This document shows, one piece after another, positions 28,256 to 44,670 of a DNA stretch of 64,000 nucleotides. Source of the DNA: Octopus vulgaris (Eukaryota); assembly GCA_951406725.2 (NCBI GenBank), contig OX597826.1, positions 20,956,001 through 21,020,000 on the forward strand, read 5' to 3'. Within the stretch, counting starts at the first letter, position 1. Each line of letters begins with the position of its first letter. The notes under the pieces were generated by a model. It did no database searches, was not told the origin of the DNA, and was given only the letters and a program-made list of their open reading frames with translations. A program made the position numbers and the translations under genes.

Positions 28256-28999
28256 TCTTTCCTTTAGTGGGACCATGAACCTAAGCATTAACGCAAGTTT
28301 GTGAATATACAAATATAAAATATATACACATACACACAAACATGTATGTATGATTATATATATGTATATATATATACAGATATATATGTATATATATAAT
28401 ATATATATATGTGTGTGTGTGTGTGTATTATACATTTGCATGTGCAAGATGTGGTGGATACGTATATATATATATATACTCACACACACATACAATCATA
28501 TGTATATATATATACTCACACACACATACAATCATATATATATATATATAATGGTAATTGTATTAAAACGGAAACCTGGGACTATAAATTCCCAATTTCC
28601 TAAATTGTTGTTTTATCAACAAAATAACTCAAAACCGGAAATGATTTCATGATTTTATTTGGATTTCAATGGAAAATGTTGTTGATTTTTTATTTTATTT
28701 ATTCATTATTTTTACTTTTTACGAATTCACAATTGATAACATCAGAAAGAGTCGGAAGATTTTTATCAATAAAATAATTGGAATGTGTTGAATTACAAAT
28801 GTTCAATAAAGAATTATAATGGAACTCCAGTGTCAGATGAATGATCCAAACTGGAGTTGTTTGTTAATAATATTGCTCCGAATGATAGATGTATCGATAT
28901 GTTGCAGAGATATCCTCTCCAGACATTATTATAGAGTCGTGTTGTATAAACGTGATTTTAATAAGGAGGGGGCTGCAAGTGTTTTCTCGGCAATATAAT

Positions 29000-29214
29000 G
29001 AGGTTCGGCAAATTTGCTGTCTTCAGTTGAGTGCCACTGTGCGGCACTTTGAGGAAATATCTTCTAGCGTGGCCCCGACCAAAGCCTTGTAGACGGCAAC
29101 AGAAAGAAGACCGTCGTGTATACAGACATTAATTTATATATGAGTGAGAGATACATACATATACACACAACACATATATCTCCCTCTCTCTCTTTCTATC
29201 TCTCTCTCTCTCCC

Positions 29215-29245
<31 letters not shown>

Positions 29246-29572
29246 ATATATATATATATATGTGTGTGTGTGTATATGTGTGTATCTATGTATGTATGTA
29301 TGTATGTATATGTACAAAGATACACACGCACGTGTGTGTATGTCTATATGTATGTGTGTTTGTGTATGTATTTGTCCACCATCACTACTTGACAGCAAAT
29401 GTTGGTTTCTTTACGTCCCCGTAACCTAGCGGTTCGGCAAAGGCGCCCGATACAAAAAGGCTTTTAAGACATAAGTACCGGGGTTCGAGTCATTCACCTA
29501 AACCCTCTCAAAGTTCAAGGAAGAGCCCCAGCATGGCCGCAGTCTAATGACTGAAACACGTAAATGTTAAAA
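29000..29572 (+). mobile_element. degenerate CORE-type SINE with internal microsatellite
   Basis: cactgtgcggcactttgaggaaat ... tttacgtccccgtaacctagcggttcggcaaa ... ccagcatggccgcagtctaatgactgaaac. Confidence 0.75.
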
Positions 29573-30199
29573 GTTTGATTTCAAAGATTCTTTTCTCTTT
29601 GAAGTCTTTTGATGGAATCAGTCTAGAAAAAAAACAGGTAATAATATTTATAGAGCGGATTTCTATTTAGGTATCTGGTTAAAATATTCCCTTATAGTGG
29701 ATCTAGGTTGTATCCACTCAGGATATAGCTGGTATTTATTTCTTAGATACGAAATAAATGTAGTATAAAACACCTGATGACTGTTTGTACTGAGGATATA
29801 GAAGGGAGATAACTACGTACTGTCTGAGATTCTAATATTTCTGTTGACTCATCAGTAAATGTGGTGGGGCGAGGGAGCTTCTATGTGGTCACATACAGAG
29901 GCTAGAAATATCAGCCAAATGTCTCTGAAATAATACTTTACTGTCTTTAATAAGGACACTACACAATGTAGTCCGACAATAGACGAGATGGTCATTTACG
30001 GAATGCTTTTCACCATAGTTCTATATATATATATATATATATGAACATATACAATAATGATAGAATAATAAATATCAAGCAAAGAACGGAACGGTTCGTC
30101 ATTTTTTGTTGCATTAAAGATCAATAAAACAACAACAATTATAGGGACTCATCGACAGAATATTGTTGTTGTCGTTGTTATTCTACTTCCCTCCTCAGC

Positions 30200-30302
30200 T
30201 TTCTTCTTCTTCTTCTTCTTCTTCTTCTTCTTCTTCTTCTTCTTCTTCTTCTTCTTCTTCTTCTTCTTCTTCTTCTTCTTCTTCTTCTTCTTCTTCTTCT
30301 TC
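30200..30302. repeat. (TTC)n microsatellite
   Basis: Directly visible. Confidence 0.95.
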
Positions 30303-30599
30303 CACTACTACTTTGTTCGGAACGCTTACGTTCCATAAAATTCTTCTTAGACAATATTTCTTTCCAGTTCTACCTAAATAAATAAATAAATGAAATTTTT
30401 TAACATTCTTCATTTACCAACAATTGTCTTCACAATATCCGAAGGTCGACGCCATTTCTCGGGAGCACGACAGACTTTATCGTCATTAGATATTTTTTAT
30501 TGTAGACACATAATTTTGCGCATTCATTTTGTGTCGTTTGTTAGTGGTTTGCTGTGGCTACCTCTCGGGTGGCGGGTAGAGGTGTTAACCAGATAATCC

Positions 30600-30835
30600 C
30601 AAAGACGGTAACAGCACATGCGCTTCAAGCCGAAACTATCGCTAGAAGCTAGGATCACCAAGCATAGATTGACATATTTCGGTCATATTATGCGGAGAAA
30701 ATCCCTGGAGAAGAACATCATACTCGAAATGGTCAGAGGCAAGAGAGGAAGAGGCCGACCAAGAACCTGCTGGCTTGACACCATCAAGAGCGACATGGGA
30801 ATGGCCATAGCGAATCTGAAAGAAGCGACCCACGA
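30600..30835 (+). mobile_element. RTE (BovB-like) LINE 3' fragment
   Basis: Encodes SLEARITKHRLTYFGHIMRRKSLEKNIILEMVRGKRGRGRPRTCWLDTIK, a canonical RTE C-terminus. Confidence 0.85.
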
Positions 30836-32659
30836 TATATATGATTTTCTTCTCTAGAAAAGGTAAACCTGCTGCACTATTGTGGATCTTCCCAGGAAAT
30901 ACAGAATATTTACAGTGAATGAAGATGATTTGAACCAGAAGTCTTTATAATCTCGTGGTGAGTTGGTGCCGAAGGCTGTGATCGAATTCTTGAGAACAAA
31001 GTAGAAGTTAACCTTAAGAAATTAATTAAAAGATTAACCCAATTCATTTGGTACACACTGAATTAATCCGTGCAATGATGATGATGGCTGGTTGCGGGTG
31101 AGCATCTGGGAACGTTATGCCCTTGACTTGAAACGGTAGAGTATATAAATGAAAAGATGTAGAATATATAGATGGTGTATTGGAAAGAGTTCATAGGGTG
31201 AAAGATATATTAGGTCATGTGACAGCAAGAATTTGTCCCAGTTCTTCAGGGCATAAATTCAAAGTAAAAAAATATTGAAAATATGACAACAGTACAATAT
31301 TTATGATGTGTTATGGCAATATGGAGATCAACTGCACGTTTCAAGTTAATGTAATCAAGAAAATATAAGCGAAAAAGGATAAGAAATATTTTAAATATAT
31401 GTCAAGTTATCCTAATTATTATAGATTGAAACGGTTAATAGCTAGTTCAAAGTAAATCAGAGTTAGCCATTGACGCTCTTTAAAAGAGACCTGCATACTC
31501 TATAATTGATCATAAACACCGCAGTGGCCGATAAGTCTGTAAAATTTCATATCTCATATTTTAAAAAATGGAATGCTTCCACAGAAAATGAATAATTTAA
31601 ATTTTATTTCCTAAATTTAACACTATCAAATAAAAATGATAACATTTATTTATTCTATTTTCAGATTATGAAGTTTGGTTAAGAAAAATAGAAAGTAGTC
31701 ACGAGGAAGGATGTTAGAATTTATGTTCTTCTCGTTGGCGGGAAAAAGAAAGAGGCATTTAAACGATTCTCAATGATTTCACTTGTTTAAAATATCTTCG
31801 ATTTGTGAAATGTTTTGTATATTTTAAACATGTTGCCGTTAGATTATAAAGTTTATGGTTAACATTCAATATCTAATGGCAATGTTATGCGATGCTATTT
31901 TTTAAATGATAGAGGAAGGAAGACTATAATAATACTGGTTGTGACACTTGTTGAAAGGACGGTTCTTTAGACTAAACTACACAACCATGCCTCGCTTCTG
32001 CTTATATTATAACTTATTTATTATAACACCAAAAACTATACACCTCAACCAAATACCAAATTATTAATAAGCACAACTGTCTGCTTCAGTCTAAAAGCAT
32101 TAATGGACCCCAAGAGAAAAATAAAACGCCAGTAAATTTCTGATTTATTGATCAATATTCTAGGTTTTTCCAAAAAAATCTATTTAAATCGGAGAAATAT
32201 TATTACGTCCACGCTTGAAGATAGAAATTTAACGACAATATCATGTTTAAAAATATTTTTTGTTAAGGCCACAACCGATGTTAACAGCAGAAAGTGTGAG
32301 GTGAAGTTCTGCTCGAAGAACATTTCACGGTGTCACTCGCCACCAACGGCAACGCTAAATAACAATCGTTCGTGTTTAAAGGGTGAGAGTTGACGAGGTG
32401 TCACATGGACGGCACCGACAGGAAGGGGGGCGGGGAGCGCATGAAATAAGGGATTTGGTATTTGTTTTTAGTCTGAAATATTAATGGAGATTATAGGGAG
32501 TTGGTCGAATCGTTGGAGCATCCACTGTACAGAGATCTTATATAGTGAGTTCAAATCCTATCGAAGTCAGCATAGTCTTCAATCCACCCGAGACATCAGA
32601 TAGTACGTGTGTGCATTATATATATATAGCTATAGATAGATAAATATAATGTGAATATA

Positions 32660-32662
<3 letters not shown>

Positions 32663-32755
<93 letters not shown>

Positions 32756-32902
32756 ACATACATACATACATACATACATACATACATACATACATACATA
32801 CATACATACATACATACATACATACATACATACATACATACATACATACATACATACATACATACATACATACATACATACATACATACATACATACATA
32901 CA

Positions 32903-32931
<29 letters not shown>
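32663..32931. repeat. (CA)n-(TACA)n compound microsatellite
   Basis: Directly visible. Confidence 0.97.
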
Positions 32932-32933
<2 letters not shown>

Positions 32934-33076
32934 GGAGTGACCACCTTCGGAACCAGTGACATTACAACTCATTTCTACAGCTGAGTAAACTGGAGCAACG
33001 ATCGTAAGCTCGACGCTCTAACCACTGAGCCATGCGCCTTCACAAATATATATACATACATATGCATACATACGCA

Positions 33077-33127
<51 letters not shown>

Positions 33128-33132
33128 TATAT

Positions 33133-33659
<527 letters not shown>

Positions 33660-33784
33660 CTTGTCTCAGTCATTAGATTGCGGCCATGCCGGGGCACCGC
33701 TTCGAAAAGTTTGGTCGAACGAATCGACACCACTTCATATTTCTTATAAGTCTGCTACGTTTTTCTCGGTTGTCAAGCAACGGC

Positions 33785-33822
<38 letters not shown>

Positions 33823-34129
33823 GATATATGTATATATATATAGATAGATTATATATGTGTGTGTATATAGGATGAGCTTTTCCCAGTTTCTGTCCATCAA
33901 ATGCATCCATAAGGTTTTTGCTCGACCCAGGGCTGTAATCGAAGATTAGGTGCAAGGCAGTGGACCTGAACCCGGAACCGTAAAGCTAGGAAGCAAACTT
34001 CATAGCGGACAGCAACGGCTGCGTATACCGGAGCGAATAGAAAACATAACAACGGGGAGACATGAAAGGAAATAGAAACGGCAGAAAAGCACTGCCATGT
34101 TGAACTACTACTACTACCACCACCACCAC

Positions 34130-34178
<49 letters not shown>

Positions 34179-34312
34179 AAATAATAATAATAATAAAACT
34201 GCTGCTGTTGTTGTTAGAAGCATTCGCACAACCAGCACACCCACGCCGATCCTTACATATACATAAAACTGTACATTATGTTATAATCTCTAACGACTCC
34301 ACACACCTTCAG

Positions 34313-34348
<36 letters not shown>

Positions 34349-34486
34349 CAAAGATCGTTGATACGTTGTACATTCATGTATGCGCTTATGTGTGGCGGGG
34401 GATATACACACATATATGTTGGTGGATGAATAAACACGTTTATACATACGTGGCGTGTGCACGAGCATGTACGTGTGTGTGTGTGA

Positions 34487-34530
<44 letters not shown>

Positions 34531-34695
34531 ACATGCACAAGTTTGTGTAAGTATAAATATGTCTGTAAATATGTGTGCATGTGTGTGTGTGTGTGTGTGT
34601 AAAATACGTGTGCGTATGGCAGTTGACGGATATGTGTGTATATATGTATGACTGTGCGCGTCTGTGTATGTGTGTATGTTTATATATATATATGT

Positions 34696-34738
<43 letters not shown>

Positions 34739-34968
34739 AAAAGAAAGGAAGACAGGAAACTGAAGAGAGATCATCCGATCTCTATCTTTGTTTCTGGTCC
34801 AGGTTTCTCTGTATCGGCAATTGTCGACATACACACATACACACACGCGCGCACACACACACACATACACACACTCACGCACGCACACACACACACGCAC
34901 CACGCACGCATGCAAATGTGTGTATATGCGTATATATACACGTGTGTGTATGTATGTATGTATGTATG

Positions 34969-35004
<36 letters not shown>

Positions 35005-35149
35005 TGTGTGTGTATATATTTATATATTCATGTATTTATGTACAGATATATATACATATATACGTACTCATACGTATGTAAATATGTAAGTATACACACA
35101 TATAATCATGTGATGCGTATCAATAAATGTGTGCGTGCGTGTTGTGTAC

Positions 35150-35182
<33 letters not shown>

Positions 35183-36090
35183 TGTGTGTGCGTGTGTGTG
35201 TGCATGTGTATTAGAGTCCGCTAAAATATTTTACCAACAACTATTGTTAAAAGTAACAACAGCAACATGAACAACACCTCGGAGGAAAATCAATACTAGT
35301 CCACTTTGATAAAATAGAATTTAGAGATCGTTTCTTCTTGACAAAGGCTCCGTGTACTTACAGAGGTGGCCATACTTGCCTTCACTTCTTAAAACAAACA
35401 TATATTCTTACTTTCTTTTCATCTTCCAAGGAGCTTTACACAGAACTATTTCCTCAAGACCAGATCGCTTAAGAACATTTCCCATCAGATGGCATCTAGA
35501 TTAGCTCTGCAATAGCCTCTACATTTGAAGAACTCTACTCTATTGAGAAATGGCTGGCCACCATAGACGTTTGTTGCTTATCTTTCGTTTACTTGGGAAT
35601 ATATCATACTCTGAACTAACCCCTGCTATATGTCTCCTTGGAGAAACCGATAATATCTTCAAAGAGCTACCAGCTGTCATTTGTCGGGCAAGTGTCATAG
35701 AAAAATATCTCATTTAGCCATTCCGTTGACCAGTTTACGACATGGCTTCCTTCTTATCGACAGAGTCGCTGTTTACTGTATGATTAATGAGTTCAACGAA
35801 GGAAATCAGAAGACGAGGAAAAAACAAAAAAAAAATTGTCAGAGTCACACTTGCCACAATGCTACAATGCATATGTCACGAACTGGTTTTAGATTATAAC
35901 GCTGTGCTGCATAGAGAAGATGCGAATGAAACTCGTTTCACTTCAAATGTCTTTCACAGCTCTGATAAAACTACTCACGAAAGGCTATCAAAAGGCATTC
36001 GGCAGATTTTTCAACGAAAATCCCATTATAGCGAAGAGATATTTGTAATGGTGAATGTATGTATATGTATATGTATATATACATACATAC

Positions 36091-36133
<43 letters not shown>

Positions 36134-36182
36134 CATATGTGTGTGTGTGTGTGTGTGTGTATATACAGTATATATATATATA

Positions 36183-36237
<55 letters not shown>

Positions 36238-36909
36238 CATATATATACACACATATATATACATATATATATATATAAAGGTGTGTGTGTGTGTGTCTGA
36301 CTAAATAGATAGATGGATCACCAACTAAATGGATAGCAGAATGTTTATTCCAGTGTGTTCGAATGTCTATATTAAAAGGTTAGAACAGGATTAGTTTTAC
36401 TCGTGTAACAAGTCTCGTACATCATTTGTTTGACGGAGTTCACGTTGGTGGCAGCCGCGGCAAAGAAAATCTATTATCTGATTAGATGACCTAATGATAT
36501 ATAAGAAACATTTATTTTATCAAATTATCTCAATAAACCTCGCACGTTAACAGCTCAAGATGGAATTTATTCGCTGAGCCTAAAATAGAAGTAAAATAAT
36601 TGGTTAAATATAATATTGTGTGTGTGTGTGTGTGTGTGCGCGCGCGCGCGTGCGTGTGTGTGTGTGTGTGTGTGTTTACATATATCTATAAAGGGAAAAG
36701 ACCAAGAGTGAGAGGAAGAGAGAGGGGGAAGAGACGCAAATATATTTCTATACATTGATTTATTAAACGAGATGGAATATTTTAGGGACCACACACACAC
36801 ACACATACAGTCAGAATATATATATATGTGTGTATACGTGTGCGTGCGTATGTATTTAGATAAATGTGGGTGTGTATAACTATATATATTTATATCTCTC
36901 TCTACATAT

Positions 36910-36977
<68 letters not shown>

Positions 36978-36981
36978 TGTA

Positions 36982-37017
<36 letters not shown>

Positions 37018-37136
37018 CACACACTCACACACCCATGTATACATATTTACATGTTCGTGCACGTCTGTGTGTATATATGTATATCTATGTATGTGTATGT
37101 GTGTGTGTGCGTGTGTGTGTGTGTGTGTGCGTGCGC

Positions 37137-37205
<69 letters not shown>

Positions 37206-38828
37206 CGTGTGTGTGCCTGCGCACGAGCTTCGATTTATGATATTACAGCTTTATTACTCGACTGACATGGCCTCCTCTGATGTCGTATTTAGTCTGTTTG
37301 AATCGTTAACAGACATTTTCAGTCACGTGGTCTCTAATTAGCCATCACTGACCGCCGCTGGAGTCATTCATGTACGTTATATATTATTATTGTAGCTGAT
37401 CAGTCTGTGGAACTGACTAACAGATGCCGGGCGTTCTTTTTCTTTAATCTCGGAACGGTCTTCAATTGAATAGACCTATAATCAATGGCATTCCCAGCGT
37501 GACCATCCTGTCTATTTGCCTCAATATTATCTAACATATCTTTCCGATTATTTTAGGACCGTAGAGTAATAGGAAGTCAAGTCTTTGAGTTGTTGCACTC
37601 GAGTTAAATCTAGAAGATAAATACTAAATTATTTGGTATTGGAACGGAAGCTTTAATGGTGACAAACTATTCAAATTTGTACTCTTATGTCTCTGTGATG
37701 ATATTACTCTACTTGTCACGACATGTATCCGAGTGATATGTTTTAAACAACCTCATCTATGGAAAACATGAAAGACAGAAATGAAAACTTGAACATAATG
37801 AAACGCTATCATTAAGACCATTGTGGTTGTGCCTGGAAATAAAGACAATTAATATGCGCGCTTGAAATACTCTTGGACAAAAATACTGTTTAGGAGTTAG
37901 AATGACAATACAAACGTGAATCGACACTAGCTGTAGTATTTGATCTCTGAGAGACATCTCAAAGAGATATTGCAAATAGTGCTGTCCCATGTTTGTATAC
38001 ACATTACAAATATTAAGCACAATTGTGTAGAAGGCATGCATAAAAAGTGGAGAGTCTTTTCTAACTAGAAAAGATATAACGAGAGGCTGAGGAAGAGAGC
38101 GATAGAATGCTCGGCAAAATCCCTTTAGAATAATTTATAAATTGGTTCAATGTGAAAAGCAATAAGCTTTGTGTATATATCATATAATCATGTATATATA
38201 TATATATATGCATACATGCATACATACATACATACATACATACATACATACATACATACACACATACATACATGAACACGAAACGTGATTAGGTTCAACC
38301 AGCCATGAAATAAAATTGTGGAAATAAGAATAAGCAAAAGTCCCACCAACGGACGACGTGAAACAGAAATTGATTAACAGAAATAATTTAAATGTTGTTA
38401 GTCGTAGTCGCAAGTCTAACATAGAAACTAGCAAACATGATAAATAAATTATAAACAGTGAAATAAACGAACTTGACATCATTTATAACGAATTATGATG
38501 ATTGTAACATCCTCAAAGGTTGCGCACATGTTGGGGAATGCTGAATGAAGGGTTTTGTATGCAGGATCTAAGGAATAACAACCACTCGTAAATATATCAG
38601 TTGTATTGGATTGATAACAAAACCTGCTACCTCCAACATACTAAGAGATTCCTCAATTCCAACAAGCCTAACCAAACAGATGTTCTTTATTTATAATGTA
38701 AACCTCTGCCATCAGACAATTCTCAAAGAATGTGGCGAAATGTTCGCCGTGTTTCTATCGCCTCTTTACGAACTCTCCTTAATCGTTACTAAACCCAAAA
38801 AAAATACGGTTTACATATCTTCATTCTT

Positions 38829-38929
<101 letters not shown>

Positions 38930-38931
38930 GT

Positions 38932-39357
38932 ATTTTTATCACGGGTTTTGTTGGAACTCCTACAGTCTTGCATGCGTAGCGGGTTTGCTGCCTGCAGCCT
39001 ACGGTACCATGCTATCCATTCTTTTCAGCGATCTAATACTTTCCTGATTATTCTGGCCGTGCCAAGGAGGCAAACCTTTTGTAACAGTTCTACTGGGCAC
39101 TCTATTCCAATTTCCTTCATATTCTTCTTGATGCCTTCTCATACTGTTTTCAAGGACCCAACAATAATTGGCACTATCTTCACACTTCTTCATTTTCAGT
39201 CGCCGGGCTTAGGAGGGTTGTATCAATCTATCTTTTCGCATTCCTTCTTGACTATTCATGGGTCAATGAGCATGCAACATCAATTTTATAGCACACATGT
39301 GGTGCACTTTGTCCACCACCACTAGGGCCGGTCTGTTATGCTCTACCACCTGATCTG
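38932..39357 (-). mobile_element. R4/Dong-clade LINE 3' fragment (C-terminus of the restriction-like endonuclease region)
   Basis: Minus strand reads VKIVPIIVGSLKTV*EGIKKNMKEIGIECPVELLQKVCLLGTARIIRKVLD; TAA-type repeats on both sides. Confidence 0.8.
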
Positions 39358-39371
39358 ATTATTATTATTAT

Positions 39372-39455
<84 letters not shown>

Positions 39456-40494
39456 AAGAAGAAGAAGAAGCAGCATCTAAATACATAATTATTTCAGAGC
39501 ACCACAAATATGACTGACATAATTAAATAAAATTAAATGAGCCAAGGGAAATAACTCAAATATGTCAATTCGTGATTTTGGATAAATAAATTACGATGCA
39601 ATCGTTTGAACATTGTACATAAATGAATTCTTAATGGATGAAATTTACTCTTCAGTTAGAGAAAGAAAATAAAACCTTACCACCAGTCGTTGGTAACTTG
39701 CGAAGACAAAAAATTAAGAATTAATTTCTCAAAGTTAATTACAGGTTTATGATCATTGTCTGTTCTCAGGGGAGACATCTACTGACATGTTTTATTCCAT
39801 TTTAGTACAGTCTATCCCTATCTGGTTCTTATAGTCCAGGAAGTTTGTTTACCAAAATCTACAACATACCATTTCAATCAGATGAGAGGGACAGCGCCCA
39901 TACACTTTACACACATTTCCGGTGGTTAAATCGATGTAGTTAATGTTCCACTCAACCAATATTTGTTGAGGAAATATGGACGAAAAGAGGGTTTTACAGA
40001 GATTTGGGACTGGGGAAATGTTTAGAACAAGTTTGCGGAAATGAAAAGGTGTAATGTGAAGGAAGGCGTGATGTGTAGCTTTAGGGAAAGATTCTTGTCC
40101 AAGATTCAGTTGTTATTTTGGTTATTTATACCCGGGAACCCTGATCCAGAAAACCTTTGAGTAAAAACGTTCCATCCGTAACGATTCTGAATTTGTTTTA
40201 GGATATCTAAGGCCTCATTACTGCAAAAGCATTTTGAGAGGGTGTGATACAGGGAACCCTCTAATATAAAAAGCAGTTTAATTTCTCTTATATCACATCC
40301 TACTGAGTTAAACGATCGAAAGTTATGCAGGGTGTTGCGGTCCTGAGAATAAACTGGATGGTACGGAAACAGTAAATGGCCATGACTTGAAGCACCTTTG
40401 ATTACAGGTCGATTCAATCAGGTCTCATCTGGAACTGATCAACAACAGACATAGAATCAGGTACCAGATGATTCGCTCTCTTTCACTCCTCCAC

Positions 40495-40527
<33 letters not shown>

Positions 40528-42647
40528 ACCCTGTTGTATTTTCTTTGATATTTAGTTGTGCTTTTGCTACGTAGCGAATAGCAAAACGACGAAAGCAAAA
40601 TGGAGGAATATTTTCAGTGAAATGTTGAAAAACTGGGAACTTTCAAATGAAATTTATAAATAAAACAACAGCATGAAAAAAACTACGATGAAAAAAAATC
40701 AGAAATTAAACTAAATCTCCACAAAGTTTAGTAAAGCTTCAAATATGAACGAAGGTAAATGCTGGAAATTGTTCATGCTTCAGATCGAATTAAGTAGAAG
40801 AGATCTATCAGTGAACCAGAAATAAATTTGCTTGCTAGCCCGATGACATCTGCAAACTGTGTGCGGAGATTAATTGAATAAAGAGAGTTTCGTTTTCAAT
40901 AGTTTGTGCTTTCCGCCAGTCTGCACACACAAAAACATCAGCTGTTTATTTCAAAATAAAATTAATTCGAAAAAGCATTTTAAAATATCTAACTTAATGA
41001 GTGGAAAGCTATTTTTTACATTTGGAATTGATTTGGAACCTCTGTAATTATCGCTATAATTGCTACTTCAAGACTAGCTTTCAGGCGAAACGAAACAGAC
41101 GCGATGCAGCGAAGATACTATAATCTTCGCCCTTTTGTTATTGATTTTTTTTGTTTTGTTTTCTTAACACCTTCCCTAGAGATAGCAGTAGTAGCTTATT
41201 TGTTGTTGTAGCTGTTGTTGTTGCTGTTGTTGTCGTTGCATTTGTTTATTGTTTTAACGTTTTCTTTATCCGGCAATAGCAGTGTGAAATGAAATCTAAC
41301 TAACTACAGACTTTATCTTCAGAACTGAATAAAAACGGTTGTTATTCAGAATTAAATATAGACTACTACGCATGCTAATCGATAGCTTGACACGTGATCA
41401 GAAATCGTCTGCTTATATGTAAGTGAACATAGCAATTATCGGCCGTCCATTTTAGATTGTATTATGGCTGATATATGCTAATAACATCATCGGTCTAATA
41501 AAAATAACTTTTACAATGATCAATGAAAAGATCTTACCAATATTTCTTAAGACTCTGGCGTGACTAAACTTTGGAAAGCAGAGAATCAGACTTCATCAAG
41601 GACATCTTATTCAAGATATTATTCCACAGAAAGTCAATCCATTGATTGTTATATTAAAGAAACGACCAGGTTTTGTCTTGGTTTACATTCCATGTTTTAC
41701 AAACGAAATACGAGGAAAAGATGGACAAAAGAAAAATAAATTTTTATGAAATGAAGAACTGATATCAATTCGATCGAAATAAAAGAACCAAATTCATAAC
41801 TGGAATAAGGCCTTTACTCTTAGAAAGTGTGTGTGTGGGGGGGTATAACAAAAGCTGGGTCTGTGAGGATTCCTTGATTAGTTCTTAGCCATACTTATTC
41901 TCCTTTCTGTGGTCTCCACATATCTATACTATATATATACATACATACATACATACATATATCTATATATATGTATATACTATGTATGTATCAATATTGT
42001 GTATCCCTTTTTCTCTTACTTTTTCCCATTCCTCCGGTTTCTCTGACCCTCCTCGCCCTTCCCCCTCGTACCCCACCCCCCATTGCCCCCCTCCTCCCCA
42101 CACTCACTTTCCGTAAGTGTTCCTTTTAAGTTCGCCGCAGCAGTCGCTCAGGTAACATTTTTGTTTTACCTGGAATGAATAAAATAAATTAACACTTAAA
42201 CTTTGGCGTCGATGTAATCGACTCTCCCCCTCCCCCAAATTTCACGCCTTCTGTCAAGCGCGTCGAACAAAATGCTCAGTGATGTTTTTTTCTGGCCCTT
42301 TATATCCTGAGTTAAAAAACCGACATGGGCGATTTTGCCTTTCATCTTTTCATGAGTACCAGTCAAGTACTAGCGTCAATCGGATCCACTACTTCCCTGG
42401 AACTTCCCCTCCCCTCAAAAACTGTGCCAAAATTTGTTGTTGTTGTTTAAAGATGAAGAGTTGCACAATGGGTAGAGTGCCGGATTAAAAAGTGGTATAA
42501 CTATTTTGTAATATTTAGTTACCTCCCTTTAAGTCGCTCTTGCTAAAATGATGAGCCTCGCTTTGTATTGAAGTTACAAGTAAATATTGATGTTGCAGTT
42601 GTTGCTGTTGAAACTGTCGAAGATGCTGGTGGTAAGTTTGATTTAAT

Positions 42648-43250
42648 AATGAAATTATTGTATACAGTGCTCAGGTGCACCACAACTTGTCAAAAGTGTG
42701 TATAAAGCATATGCAGTAATGTACAAATGTCTGAAAAGCGAACAGTGTATGAGTCAGATAGATGCTTGCGTGTGTATGGAGGGGAGAAAATCAGGTGAAG
42801 TGTTGACGGATCTCAGGAAGCATGGAAGTTTTGAAGGATGCAGTGCTCCGACAACTAACAACTGATGCCGGCAGTTTGTTCCATGCTTCAGCAAATCTTA
42901 GCGTGAAAAATGTTTCCAAAAGTCATGGGGGCTGTACTGTTTTCTGACTTTGTAAACATGTCCACGGGTTTTAGACGGGTGGAGTTTGAAAAGGTGCTCA
43001 GAGTTATTGTTTGTAAGATGGTTGTCTTTATGGGTGTCTGCCAAGTCAGCTGCCAGACGTCGGAGTTTCAATGTTTCCATGCCCAGGGAAGTAAGGCGTT
43101 CAGAATATGGCAAATGCCTGATGGAGGGTATTCTCTTGGTTGCACGTCGCTGAACGGCTTCCTGGGCAAGATAGGGGTTCCAGACCGGTGATGCAAATTC
43201 CAGGTGAGGTCGTGCCATAGCTATATAAAGCCACAGATAGATAGCCGGAG
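42648..43250 (-). mobile_element. CR1-clade LINE 3' fragment
   Basis: Encodes ARPHLEFASPVWNPYL..EAVQRRATKRIPSIRHLPYSERLTSLGMETLKLRRLAADL, followed by a 3' UTR. Confidence 0.9.
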
Positions 43251-43902
43251 AGCTTAGATCAATTCTGATTAATTAGATCAATGATCTGAGACTCCCCAGC
43301 GGTGGCCATCCCGTCTGTAATTGTTATAGAAATGTCTGCTCCAGACTACTTTATCCAATGTGCCTTTTTAAGATGACAGATTTGGCTGCTATTTCTGGAA
43401 AATTAATCGAAGGCGAACAAGCTCCTTGTATCATATAAGACGTTCCGAACGTGACCACCTCGTATAGTATTCATGCATTGAGTATTTAGAACTCATTAAC
43501 TTATGTGTCCAGACGGTAGAGTGTGGTTTATAAGGAATTAGGTGACTATGTCTAACAGGTCAAGCAACTACGCAAACATTTAAGTGTTGCTGCTACTGCT
43601 ACTGCCGCTGCTACTGTTGTTGTTGATGATGATGATGATGATGACGATGACGATGTTACAACTATTATCATCGGATCACTGCTACTACCGTACTTACTCC
43701 CTGCTGCTGCTGCTGCTGCTGCCCAGTGACTGCCCCCCCACCCTCCCACCAGCTATTTTATTCTTCGCTCCATTCATTCTTTAATTCTATTAAACATCCC
43801 AAAGTAATCTTTAAGATGACTTCCAATAATTATCGACTGCTGGTTCTGTTTGAACAACAGCAGCAGCAGCAGCACCACCACCAGCAGTAACAGCAACATC
43901 AT

Positions 43903-43952
<50 letters not shown>

Positions 43953-44354
43953 GTAATAATATATTAGCCATCAGCAAAGGTGAGAGGTGAGACTGTATAT
44001 GTTTGATAAGTGCTGGAGCAGCTTTCATCTGTCCCACATTACTGCACAACTGATGTTGCTATCACTGGCTGCGTTCGCCGTTCACAGAAGCAACCTTATC
44101 TCGTCTCAGTGCATTTCCGAAACACTTGTTTAAAGACAGGAAACAAAATAAATAGCATTTCGTGAACTTTCAGCAATAAACGGCTTTTAGACATCTTCAA
44201 TGATTTCTTCTACTCGGCTTTATTCCATTGATATCATTGGTAATACAATGGAAGAAGGCTGGCCTGACCTCTCCGCCACCGAGATATTATTCATGCGCGC
44301 TAAGATAAACATATGATTAGAGAAACTTAATGCAATATTCACTGTCCGCCATGT

Positions 44355-44670
44355 TTTACTGACATTCATGATATATGTTACAGTGTGACATATCGTGTCA
44401 CACTGTAACGTATACGTTAGCATTGTCACACTTATTACAGACTTCATTGTGTGACATATTGCGTCACAAAAGTTATATACGTCACAGCCTGACATTTGTG
44501 TTACACTAATTAGACAAGTCAAAGCTTTACGTATTGTGTTCTATATTGTGTTACATATTTTGTCCTATACTGTGTCACATACGTTGTATACACACTGTCT
44601 GATATACGTTACTCGGATATATTGTCACATTCAACATATGCGTCACAACCGGTCACAATGAGTCACAACC
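44355..44670. repeat. degenerate (GTCACA/GTGACA)-rich minisatellite
   Basis: Repeated gtcaca/gttaca cores. Confidence 0.6.
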
